Origin: Nitrosopumilaceae archaeon
GTDB taxonomy: Archaea > Thermoproteota > Nitrososphaeria > Nitrososphaerales > Nitrosopumilaceae
Direction of reading: 5' to 3'
Assembly (NCBI GenBank): GCA_965200155.1
Contig: CBDATR010000024.1
Location: 448,673-512,672, forward strand
Length of the DNA: 64,000 nt
Under the pieces are notes generated by a model that saw only the letters and a list, made by a program, of their open reading frames with translations, ran no database searches and had not been told where the DNA came from. Position numbers and translations under genes: made by a program. Each line of letters starts with the position of its first letter. Within the stretch, counting starts at the first letter, position 1. Below, piece after piece: positions 21,403-30,432 of this stretch.

Positions 21403-21966
21403 TTGGCGCACACCAAACCAATAGTAAGTATAGAGAATGTAGTAGCATCAGCCACAGTAGATCAGATAATAAACCTGCCAGACATAAGCAAGAATTTTCC
21501 ACAGACGGAGTATAATCCGGAACAGTTTCCGGGACTTGTATTTCGGCTACAGAACCCCCGTACCGCGACCCTCATATTCCGCACGGGCAAGATGGTATGT
21601 ACAGGCGCAAAGTCCGAAGAGATGTCCATCAAGGCGGTACGTACTGTAGTGCAGCGGCTCCGCAAGGGCGGGGTGCCCATAAAAAAGGACGCGGTGGTCA
21701 CCATACAGAATATGGTAGCTGCCATAAATCTAGGCGGCAAGATACACCTAGAGAGATCCGCCATGATGCTCCCCCGTTCCATGTATGAGCCGGAGCAGTT
21801 TCCGGGACTCATACACAGGATGCTGGACCCAAAGACGGTCATACTCCTGTTCGCGTCCGGCAAGCTTGTATGTACAGGCGCCAAAAAAGAGAGTGACGTG
21901 TATAGATCGGTTCACAACCTGCACGCCATTCTAGAAGAAAAGGGACTCATGCTTTATGACGAGTAA
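21403..21966 (+). CDS. tbp: TATA-box binding protein
   Basis: Two repeats IENVVA/IQNMVA, YxPEQFPGL, GKxVCTGAK; TTG start at 21403 inferred. Confidence 0.95.
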   Translation: MAHTKPIVSIENVVASATVDQIINLPDISKNFPQTEYNPEQFPGLVFRLQNPRTATLIFRTGKMVCTGAKSEEMSIKAVRTVVQRLRKGGVPIKKDAVVTIQNMVAAINLGGKIHLERSAMMLPRSMYEPEQFPGLIHRMLDPKTVILLFASGKLVCTGAKKESDVYRSVHNLHAILEEKGLMLYDE

Positions 21967-21983
21967 TTTGTGACGGAATTTCA

Positions 21984-22592
21984 CTAATCGAACTGAAACT
22001 CATATTTAAAGACAGAATCGCCGTGTACGGATTCTATCATGTATGTGCCGGGAATCCATTCGGAGCCACCGGCTAGCGCAAGTGTGTGGTATGATCCTTC
22101 CCCGTCCACTATAACCTGGGTATCGGACCACACAACATTCTCATAGTCGTCAAGTATTCGTATGGTTAGTGTGTCACCAAGAGCAGGATTTGTAGTTCCC
22201 TCAATTTCTATAAAGTCGCCTGATGAATACGTGTCAGAGGCGGCCCATATGCCATAGTTTGGCGACGGCGGGGCAGGAATTAACGCCAGTGCCGCAACGG
22301 CAACAACGGCTGCCACCCCGGCGACGGCAATCAGTATAAGCTTGGTATTGTTATTGGTGCTACTCTGCTTGGGGGCAGTCTCCTCCTTTGCGGGAGAGGG
22401 CGGGGTTGTCTCCGGTGGTGCGGGAGTTATCTCGGCCTCGTGTTTGTCGACCAAAGATTGTACATAGTTTCGCTCATTATTGCTGACTATTTCACCGTGC
22501 AGGACGGCCCTGTGTATCTGCTCCAGCACACGGGTATCACCCAAACCCTGTTTCAGTAACATTCTGGTCTGCTCTTCGAGCTTGTCGTCCAT
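21984..22592 (-). CDS. membrane-anchored hypothetical protein
   Basis: Pro-rich linker, single TM helix, beta-rich C-terminal domain. Confidence 0.75.
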   Translation of the reverse strand: MDDKLEEQTRMLLKQGLGDTRVLEQIHRAVLHGEIVSNNERNYVQSLVDKHEAEITPAPPETTPPSPAKEETAPKQSSTNNNTKLILIAVAGVAAVVAVAALALIPAPPSPNYGIWAASDTYSSGDFIEIEGTTNPALGDTLTIRILDDYENVVWSDTQVIVDGEGSYHTLALAGGSEWIPGTYMIESVHGDSVFKYEFQFD

Positions 22593-22798
22593 TATGATGA
22601 AACAGGTGCAGGATTATTTATGTTGGATGTAGATCAGATTCCGGACAACGAATAATATTACTGTGGCTTCATTATGATTATCATGTATGACATGATTGTC
22701 GTGGGGGCAGTAATAGCAGGTGTGGTATCGTATCTTTTGATGAAACGGTACCAAGATCAGTAGGCGCCGCCACACGGAATATTGGCAAAATAAAAAAT

Positions 22799-23140
22799 TT
22801 AGAGGGCTGCTGAACCTCGCTTCTTGCTGGCTATATTGACAACCTCGTCTACAGTGGAAACAACAATGATGCCGTCGCCGGAATTTCCAGTATAGGTTGC
22901 GTCAGACAGGATGTTGATGGTCGAGTCTAGTTTAGTATCATCCACGATGGTAACAATTGTTGCTACTTGGTTATACTCTGCGGTCATGGTACCGGTTCCC
23001 CGACCCATACGTAGTGTTGGCCTTGCTCCGGAGCCACGCCCTTTGGACTCTGAGACGACAAACCCACCTACCTTGCCTTCGAGTGCATCTACTACCGTCT
23101 TTAGTTTGTTCGCTTGAACGATCGCTTCAACCCGCTTCAT
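22799..23140 (-). CDS. P-II family nitrogen regulator
   Basis: MKRVEAIV, KGRG, T-loop, TG..GDG.I.VS. Confidence 0.9.
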   Translation of the reverse strand: MKRVEAIVQANKLKTVVDALEGKVGGFVVSESKGRGSGARPTLRMGRGTGTMTAEYNQVATIVTIVDDTKLDSTINILSDATYTGNSGDGIIVVSTVDEVVNIASKKRGSAAL

Positions 23141-23191
23141 GTATTAGCACTATATTAGTCCTTTAAAAAGTTGGTGGGTAACCGTTGCGCG

Positions 23192-24665
23192 TCAATAGTA
23201 CGAAAAGTAAGTCCACTTAGGATCCGGCGTACAGTAGTTCAGATTGCACAAGCCACGAAAGGCTATGGTAAAGAGAATAACAGAGGAATCAAGACAAGAG
23301 GCGTTGCCGCCACCAAAATGTATGAGTTCACGTCTTCCGGAATCTTATGCACAAATCACATTAACTGTAGCGATCAGTTGTGCGTAAATTTAGACACAGG
23401 TGAACTCATACACCAAAATAGCTCAAGACCTGAAACAAGACACGTGCGAAGATTGTGAACCAGAGAACGGGAACGACTCGAGTAAAGATGGGCAGGCCTA
23501 TGATACCAATCACCGCCACCCAGATACGAATGGTAACTGAAGCATATCACAAGGATCCCGCCGGAGTAAGTACGTATTGCAAAGAGGCTTAGACAGAATT
23601 ACAATATATCATATCGCGCAGTATATCGCAATAATGAAAAAGAACGGTACGGCAGGATCATCACCTGCAAAGTCAGAGTGGGTACGCTATGAGCGTAAAT
23701 ATTCCAATGCAATATGGCAGTATGAGTTCACGTCTTCCGGAATCTTATGCACAAATCACATTAACTGTAGCGATCAGTTGTGCGTAAATTTAGACACAGG
23801 TGAACTCACACATGTCGCACGTAGACTGGCATGTCATGAAAGATGAGCGCTTCAAGGGACTGAATCTCATAGATGATGCAACCGGGTGTATAGTCGGGGC
23901 GGCACTTTGAGCATGCAACCTCAGAGAACGCCGCTCTATTACTGAGACTGGCAATGAAACGATTCGGCGCCCCTGCATCCATACTATCTGATAACGGCGC
24001 GTGTTTCGTAGGACAATAAAGGGGCAAGAAAAGCTGGAAACCCACACTATTCTAGGAAGAACTGCTGGATCAAGACATCAGTATGAGTTCACCTGTGTCT
24101 AAATTTACGCATAACTGATCGCAACAGTTAATGTGATTTGTGCACAAGATTCCGGAAGACGTGAACTCATACAGACATCATACTAATCAATTCCAGACCA
24201 TACCACCCGCAGACAAATGGCAAACTGGAGCGCTTCCATAGAACGATTGAGGACGAGATATGGCATTCAATCTCCCACTGGGACCATGACCCCCGTCCTG
24301 CAGGCTTCACAGAACGATTGAGGACGAGATATGGCATTCAATCTCCCACTGGGACCATGACCCCCGTCCTGCAGGCTTCCACAGAACGATTGAGGACGAG
24401 ATATGGCATTCAATCTCCCACTGGGACCATGACCCCCGTCCTGCAGGCTTCCACAGAACGATTGAGGACGAGATATGGCATTATGACAGTCTCCGGGATT
24501 ATGTGGACTACCACAATGAGAGAAGATTGCACTTCTCACCGGATATAGATAACGGCGAAACGCCGCTTCAGGAATAAAAAGGCGACCCAGACAACTAGGG
24601 CAAATGATGCAAAATGGATGGAGCGGGATACCAATGACTAGCGGACCGACTTTTCATACATTACA
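23192..24665 (+). mobile_element. IS481-family element, degenerate, with three MITEs (23320-23411, 23720-23811, 24081-24172)
   Basis: Imperfect TIRs tcaatagtacgaaaagt / tgtaatgtatgaaaagt; 15-bp TSD ggtaaccgttgcgcg; remnants RYER...WHVDW, DDA, ILSDNG, QTNGKLERFH; MITE TSDs accaaaat and agacatca. Confidence 0.85.
24232..24482 (+). repeat. 36-bp duplicated IS481 sequence x4 separated by a foreign 36-bp insert x3 (CRISPR-like unit)
   Basis: Repeat gcttccacagaacgattgaggacgagatatggcatt; insert caatctcccactgggaccatgacccccgtcctgcag is absent from the IS481 copies near 61057 and 62600. Confidence 0.9.
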
Positions 24666-24789
24666 GGTAACCGTTGCGCGACTTTGACAGTACACAAGTC
24701 CCCGCCGTGAAATAATTCCCCCAGGCTTGTGTAAGGAATATTACCACTTTTATATCTGCACTGACAAATATTGGTATGGAGTGTAAAGA

Positions 24790-25029
24790 ATGGCGACAGC
24801 ATACGTGCTTATAAACTGTGAATTGGGTTCTGAGGAATCTGTTATATCGGAACTCAAAGACATGGAAGATGTAGTAGAAGTACATGGTACTTTTGGGGCT
24901 TACGACGTACTTGCCAAGGTAGAAGCAGAGCAAGTGGAGAAATTACGTGAGACCATAACCTGGAAGGTAAGAAAGATACCCAAGATACGATCCACTCTGA
25001 CCCTGATGGGCATAGAAGGGCAAGAATAG
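24790..25029 (+). CDS. Lrp/AsnC ligand-binding-domain protein
   Basis: AYVLIN, FGAYD, IRSTLTL. Confidence 0.9.
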   Translation: MATAYVLINCELGSEESVISELKDMEDVVEVHGTFGAYDVLAKVEAEQVEKLRETITWKVRKIPKIRSTLTLMGIEGQE

Positions 25030-25138
25030 GCTCAGGTTTATGCACATATTACCTTACTTTTTTGTATAACCTCGAAATTATGCAGGCAGTGCCGAGCGCG
25101 TAATTAGGAAAAATGGATCGCGTCTAATGTAAGATAAA

Positions 25139-26098
25139 TCACGAATAGTGAGACCTAACCGCGGACCTCAGATCATGCACATTCTTAGATAGGGTTATTT
25201 TTTCTCTTAGTCGGGGCGCCCCCCGAACCCCTCTTGTGAACCGCATGGCCTGCGCCTTTAGTGTGGAAAATTTTATGCGGTAGTTCTGTGAGGCCTCTAC
25301 GTATTCAAAGAAGGCATTCATGCGATCTTGTGTCGTGTAGGGGTGGTATGATCCGCTACTCAAGTAGTCGTTAATCTGCTGAAACAGGAAAGGATTCCCC
25401 ATGGCGCCCCGGCCCACCATGACATAATCGCACCCGGTCTCCCGAATCATGCGCGCCGCATCCTCCGGAGTCGCTACATCACCATTGCCCACTACAGGTA
25501 TCCTGACTGCCCTCTTTAGCTCCCCTATAAGAGACCAGTCGGGGGTGCCGGAGTATCCCTGAGAAGCTGTACGGGGGTGCAGTGTTATCATGGAGATACC
25601 CGCATCCTGGGCTATTGCGGCTATATTCAAAAATCGGTGCCTGTCGTCTTGCGTGACGCCTGCCCGCATCTTTACTGTTACCGGTCTCTCCACTGACTCT
25701 ACCAGTACGCGGAATAACTGTCTGGTCAGTCGCTCCTCCTGGAGTAGTGCGGATCCGGCCATCTGCTTTGTTATATGAGGCGCAGGGCACCCCATGTTAT
25801 AGTCTATAATATCAAAGTACGGCTCCACTATGCGCGCCGCCCGCCTCAGAACATCCGCATCAGAGCCAAAGAGCTGTACTGCCAGCGGTCTCTCCTCATC
25901 AGAGTATTCAAGAAACTCCTGTATTGTGGCGTGTCTTGCCTTGAGACGGCTGGCCTGAGCTACAATACTGTGTATGCTGGTAAATTCGGTAACCACCAAG
26001 GAGGCTCCCCACCGCCTAGCCATTAATCGCAGGGCAGGATCCGATACGCCCGCCATAGGTGCAAGAAACGCCCTGCCCGAGAACTTGGGCAGGCTCAT
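25139..26098 (-). CDS. dusB: tRNA-dihydrouridine synthase
   Basis: LAPMAGVSD, VQLFG, NMGCP, VTVKMR, HPRT, GNGD, MVGRGA.GNP. Confidence 0.92.
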   Translation of the reverse strand: MSLPKFSGRAFLAPMAGVSDPALRLMARRWGASLVVTEFTSIHSIVAQASRLKARHATIQEFLEYSDEERPLAVQLFGSDADVLRRAARIVEPYFDIIDYNMGCPAPHITKQMAGSALLQEERLTRQLFRVLVESVERPVTVKMRAGVTQDDRHRFLNIAAIAQDAGISMITLHPRTASQGYSGTPDWSLIGELKRAVRIPVVGNGDVATPEDAARMIRETGCDYVMVGRGAMGNPFLFQQINDYLSSGSYHPYTTQDRMNAFFEYVEASQNYRIKFSTLKAQAMRFTRGVRGAPRLREKITLSKNVHDLRSAVRSHYS

Positions 26099-26103
26099 CC
26101 GGT

Positions 26104-28266
26104 TTATTCGGGACACCCGTCGGTATCCTGATCTCCATCGTAATCCTCAGGAGAGTCAGGACACATGTCATTGGAATCCAGTACGCCGTCTAAATCAGAA
26201 TCATGAACAAACCGGGCCTGCTCCGGAGCTACATCCGGACAACCATCTTCGTCATTGAACTTGTTCCATGTCTCCGGGTTCACCGGACACTGGTCCAGCT
26301 CATCCCAATACCCGTCATTATCAGAGTCGCTCCTGCCCGGTCCCCCGCTACCGGCTGCAAGCGTATCCGGGCAGCCGTCCCAGTCCAGGTAATTGTTGGG
26401 CGTCTCCGGCTCAGTCGGACATGTGTCCCAGCGGTCATCGACGCCATCGTTATCAGCATCAGATATTACATAGCCGCCGGGTACCTCACTGTCTACTGTG
26501 TCCGGGCAGCCGTCAGTATCCTCGTACATGTTGTAGGTCTCAGGCTCCAAGATGCATTCGTCCACATCATTGGTTATGCCATCGCTGTCCGTATCGTGAA
26601 CCACTGTGTAAAAGTCCGGGCAGCCGTCGTCATCAAGAACGTTATTGTATGTCTCGGGCCTAGTAGGACACATATCGGTACTGTCAGGTATGCCGTCCCC
26701 ATCACTATCAAGAATGGCGGCACCGGGAGGCGCCACATCCGGGCAACCGTCCGCATCATTATACAGGTTGTATACCTCCGCCACATTAGGGCACATATCT
26801 ACATCATTAAAGAGACCGTCATTGTCATTATCGTGAATGCGGGGTATGTCATAATAGTCCGGGCAACCATCATCATCCTGGAACCGGTTAAAGTTCTCCC
26901 GTAGTGCAGGACACATATCTACAGAGTCAGGTATGCTGTCATAGTCCGAATCCAGCCATGTGTTTACTGAGACTATAGCCAAGTCCGGGCAGCCGTCCCA
27001 GTCCAGGTAATTGTTGGGCGTCTCCGGCTCAGTCGGACATGTGTCCCAGCGGTCATCGACGCCATCGTTATCAGCATCAGATATTACATAGCCGCCGGGT
27101 ACCTCACTGTCTACTGTGTCCGGGCAGCCGTCAGTATCCTCGTACATGTTGTAGGTCTCAGGCTCCAAGATGCATTCGTCCACATTATTGGGTATACCGT
27201 CACTGTCGCTGTCTTGAATTATGGAGTAAAAGTCCGGGCAGCCGTCGTCATCAAGAACGTTATTGTATGTCTCGGGCCTAGTGGGACATGAATCCAGAAC
27301 ATCCACAATACCGTCACCGTCGCTATCATCTAGTGTAGGCGGTCTCACCACAGAATCAGGGCAGCCGTCAGTATCCTCGTACAGGTTGTATGTCTCGCTG
27401 ACAAAGGGACACAGATCGTTTGCATCATGTATACCGTCAAGGTCATAGTCACCGGTCACCGAAAAGGGCAGAGTATCCGGGCAGCCGTCTTCATCCTGGA
27501 ACTGGTTAAAGACCTCCCTCATGTCAGGACACGAATCAGAGGAGTCCGGTATGCTGTCATAGTCCGAGTCCATCCATGTATTTACAGAAGATATGACCGA
27601 ATCCGGGCAACCATCCCGGTCCAGGTAGTTGTTATAGGTCTCCGGCTCAGTTGGGCACGCATCCCAGCGGTCATCGATACTGTCGCTGTCGGCATCAGAT
27701 AATACATAGCCACCGGGGGTCTGGCCATCTAGTGCATCAGGGCAGCCGTCAGTATCCTCGTACAGGTTATAGGTCTCCGGCTCAGTTGGGCACTGATCAA
27801 GTGTATCATGTACTCCGTCCCTGTCCGAGTCCATGGGTACCACATAGTCGTCCGGGCAGCCGTCATTGTCTTGTATACCGTTCATGGTCTCGTACTGTGT
27901 CGGACAGAGATCCACATCATCTGCAATTCCGTCTCCATCACTATCAGGACCGACTCCCGTGTCTACCGGCGAGACATCCGGGCAACCATCTTCATCCTCG
28001 TACCAGTTGTAGTTCTCCCGAATAGTGGGGCACTGATCAAGGTGATCCTGTATTCCGTCATAGTCGGCATCATACCAGGGGACAAAATCTGCCGGGCAAC
28101 CATCCACCACATTATCATACTGGGAGTCATAGTCCTCTATCAAGTTAGGACACAAGTCCATAATGTCCGGGACGCCATCACCGTCGGTATCCGGTGTGGC
28201 AAAGGCGGGTAGAGTGGATCCCAGTAGGACTGCCGCCGCCATAACAGAGTACTTGCCGGGTATCAC
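26104..28266 (-). CDS. secreted thrombospondin type-3 repeat protein
   Basis: Signal peptide; many DxDxDGIxDxxDxCP...N...DxDGCP units; GTG start inferred. Confidence 0.9.
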   Translation of the reverse strand: MIPGKYSVMAAAVLLGSTLPAFATPDTDGDGVPDIMDLCPNLIEDYDSQYDNVVDGCPADFVPWYDADYDGIQDHLDQCPTIRENYNWYEDEDGCPDVSPVDTGVGPDSDGDGIADDVDLCPTQYETMNGIQDNDGCPDDYVVPMDSDRDGVHDTLDQCPTEPETYNLYEDTDGCPDALDGQTPGGYVLSDADSDSIDDRWDACPTEPETYNNYLDRDGCPDSVISSVNTWMDSDYDSIPDSSDSCPDMREVFNQFQDEDGCPDTLPFSVTGDYDLDGIHDANDLCPFVSETYNLYEDTDGCPDSVVRPPTLDDSDGDGIVDVLDSCPTRPETYNNVLDDDGCPDFYSIIQDSDSDGIPNNVDECILEPETYNMYEDTDGCPDTVDSEVPGGYVISDADNDGVDDRWDTCPTEPETPNNYLDWDGCPDLAIVSVNTWLDSDYDSIPDSVDMCPALRENFNRFQDDDGCPDYYDIPRIHDNDNDGLFNDVDMCPNVAEVYNLYNDADGCPDVAPPGAAILDSDGDGIPDSTDMCPTRPETYNNVLDDDGCPDFYTVVHDTDSDGITNDVDECILEPETYNMYEDTDGCPDTVDSEVPGGYVISDADNDGVDDRWDTCPTEPETPNNYLDWDGCPDTLAAGSGGPGRSDSDNDGYWDELDQCPVNPETWNKFNDEDGCPDVAPEQARFVHDSDLDGVLDSNDMCPDSPEDYDGDQDTDGCPE

Positions 28267-28270
28267 AATA

Positions 28271-30421
28271 TCACTCCGGGCAACCGTCATGGTCATTATC
28301 ATTGTCATAATCTTCGGGCACATATACACAATCGTCCTCATCATTTATAATTCCATCAAGATCCTCGTCATGGACAAATCGAGACTGCTCCGGTACGGAG
28401 TCAGGACAGCCGTCCGCATCACTGTACTTGTTCCAGGTCTCAGGAGATAGCGGGCACAAGTCTACACCATCAGCATATCCATCCCCATCAGTATCGGTTA
28501 TGGCTGGTTGGGTTGAGCCCGCGGCTACTACATCGGGGCAGCCGTCCCAGTCCAGGTACTGGTTGTAGTTCTCAGGCTCGTCCGGACACGAATCCCACCT
28601 ATCCTCTATTCTGTCATTATCGGCATCTGGAAACTCAAACATTACGTCATCATCAGTTACCACATCAGGGCAGCCGTCGTGATCCATGTAGCGGTTGTAG
28701 TTCTCCGGCTGGGTTGGACAGGCGTCAACAAAGTCAAAGACACCATCCCGGTCACTGTCAGTTATCAGTACAAAGTTGTCCGGGCAGCCGTCAGTATCCA
28801 GCAGGCCATTAAACGTCTCGGCCCTAGTGGGACACAAATCCAGATTGTCCAGCAGGCCGTCACCATCACTGTCTATACTACTAACGTAGCCGGGCAGCCA
28901 GTCCGGGCAGCCGTCCGCATCCTCATACAGATTGTAGGTCTCCCTAGCCGTAGGACACATATCCTGGCTGTCCAGCAGACCGTCGCCATCAGTATCCAGG
29001 TCAGGGCCTGCCAGTACAGGCATGTCAGGGCAGCCATCCTCATCCAGATAGCCATTGTACCGTTCTGCATCGTTAATACATTGATCATTTACATCAGGAA
29101 TGCCATCATAGTCAGCATCGGCGAGCTGACCAGTATTGGTTCCCGGCATGTCAGGGCAGCCATCCCAGTCCAGGTACTGGTTGTAGTTCTCAGGCTCGTC
29201 CGGACACGAATCCCACCTATCCTCTATTCTGTCATTATCGGCATCGGGGAACTGGAACATTACAATATCATCAGTTACCACATCAGGGCAGCCGTCGTGA
29301 TCCATGTAGCGGTTGTAGTTCTCCGGCTGGGTTGGACAGGCGTCCAGCAGATTAATTATATTGTCATGGTCGGTATCATGAGAGTCGTCATTGTTATCCG
29401 GGCAGCCGTCTGTGTCCATGTAGCCATTCATGGTCTCCCGCTGGTTGGGGCACAAGTCTATCAAGTCTATTAACCCATCGCCATCAGCATCGGCCGAGGG
29501 TGCCCCGCCAGATACAGAATCCGGGCAGCCGTCGTGATCATTGTACATGTTGTACACTTCCGGAATATTGATGCACATATCCGCATCATCCAGTATGCCA
29601 TCTTTGTCCTGATCTCCGTTATAAGTTACGAACAAGGTATCCGGGCAGCCATCGTCGTCCTGGTATTTGTTATAGTTTTCTCTGCGCTCCGGGCATTGAT
29701 CCACATCATCATTAAGCCCGTCATAATCGGTGTCCGGTACCGTCTCTATGTTAAAGCCTGGTGTGTCAGGGCACCCATCCCAGTCTAAGTAGTTGTTAAA
29801 ATTCTCAGGCTCGTCCGGACACGAATCCCACCTATCCTCTATTCTGTCATTATCGGCATCTGGAAACTCAAACATTACGTCATCATCAGTTATTACGTCC
29901 GGACAGCCATCGGTGTCCAGGTAGTGGTTGTACAGCTCCTGCTGGAGCGGGCACTGGTCCACAGAATCGGATATACCATCACTGTCTGTATCCTTTAGGG
30001 TATGTCTGTCAGGGCAGCCGTCAGTATCATCTACGCCGTTAAAGGACTCTGGCTGGGTGGGGCAGTTGTCAATCAGATCTATAAAGCCGTCACCGTCAGT
30101 ATCCACAACATCAGAGGTTTGTTGTGGCGGCACATCCAGACAGCCATCACCGTCTTTGTATAGATTGTAATTCTCCCTTACCGTGGGACACAGGTCTAGG
30201 TGATCCTGTATTCCGTCATAGTCGGCATCATACCAGGGGACAAAATCGGCCGGGCAACCATCCACCACGTCATCATACTGGGAGTCATAGTCCTCCATTA
30301 GGTTTGGGCACTGATCCAAATCATTGGGGACACCATCACCGTCTAGGTCATTGATGGGAACCGCATAAGCAGAAGATAACCCCGCTACTAGTATTAACAT
30401 TGCAATTATAGCATGTCGCAC
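28271..30421 (-). CDS. secreted thrombospondin type-3 repeat protein
   Basis: Signal peptide MRHAII...AYA plus TSP3 repeats. Confidence 0.92.
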   Translation of the reverse strand: MRHAIIAMLILVAGLSSAYAVPINDLDGDGVPNDLDQCPNLMEDYDSQYDDVVDGCPADFVPWYDADYDGIQDHLDLCPTVRENYNLYKDGDGCLDVPPQQTSDVVDTDGDGFIDLIDNCPTQPESFNGVDDTDGCPDRHTLKDTDSDGISDSVDQCPLQQELYNHYLDTDGCPDVITDDDVMFEFPDADNDRIEDRWDSCPDEPENFNNYLDWDGCPDTPGFNIETVPDTDYDGLNDDVDQCPERRENYNKYQDDDGCPDTLFVTYNGDQDKDGILDDADMCINIPEVYNMYNDHDGCPDSVSGGAPSADADGDGLIDLIDLCPNQRETMNGYMDTDGCPDNNDDSHDTDHDNIINLLDACPTQPENYNRYMDHDGCPDVVTDDIVMFQFPDADNDRIEDRWDSCPDEPENYNQYLDWDGCPDMPGTNTGQLADADYDGIPDVNDQCINDAERYNGYLDEDGCPDMPVLAGPDLDTDGDGLLDSQDMCPTARETYNLYEDADGCPDWLPGYVSSIDSDGDGLLDNLDLCPTRAETFNGLLDTDGCPDNFVLITDSDRDGVFDFVDACPTQPENYNRYMDHDGCPDVVTDDDVMFEFPDADNDRIEDRWDSCPDEPENYNQYLDWDGCPDVVAAGSTQPAITDTDGDGYADGVDLCPLSPETWNKYSDADGCPDSVPEQSRFVHDEDLDGIINDEDDCVYVPEDYDNDNDHDGCPE

Positions 30422-30432
30422 GAGGATTCACC

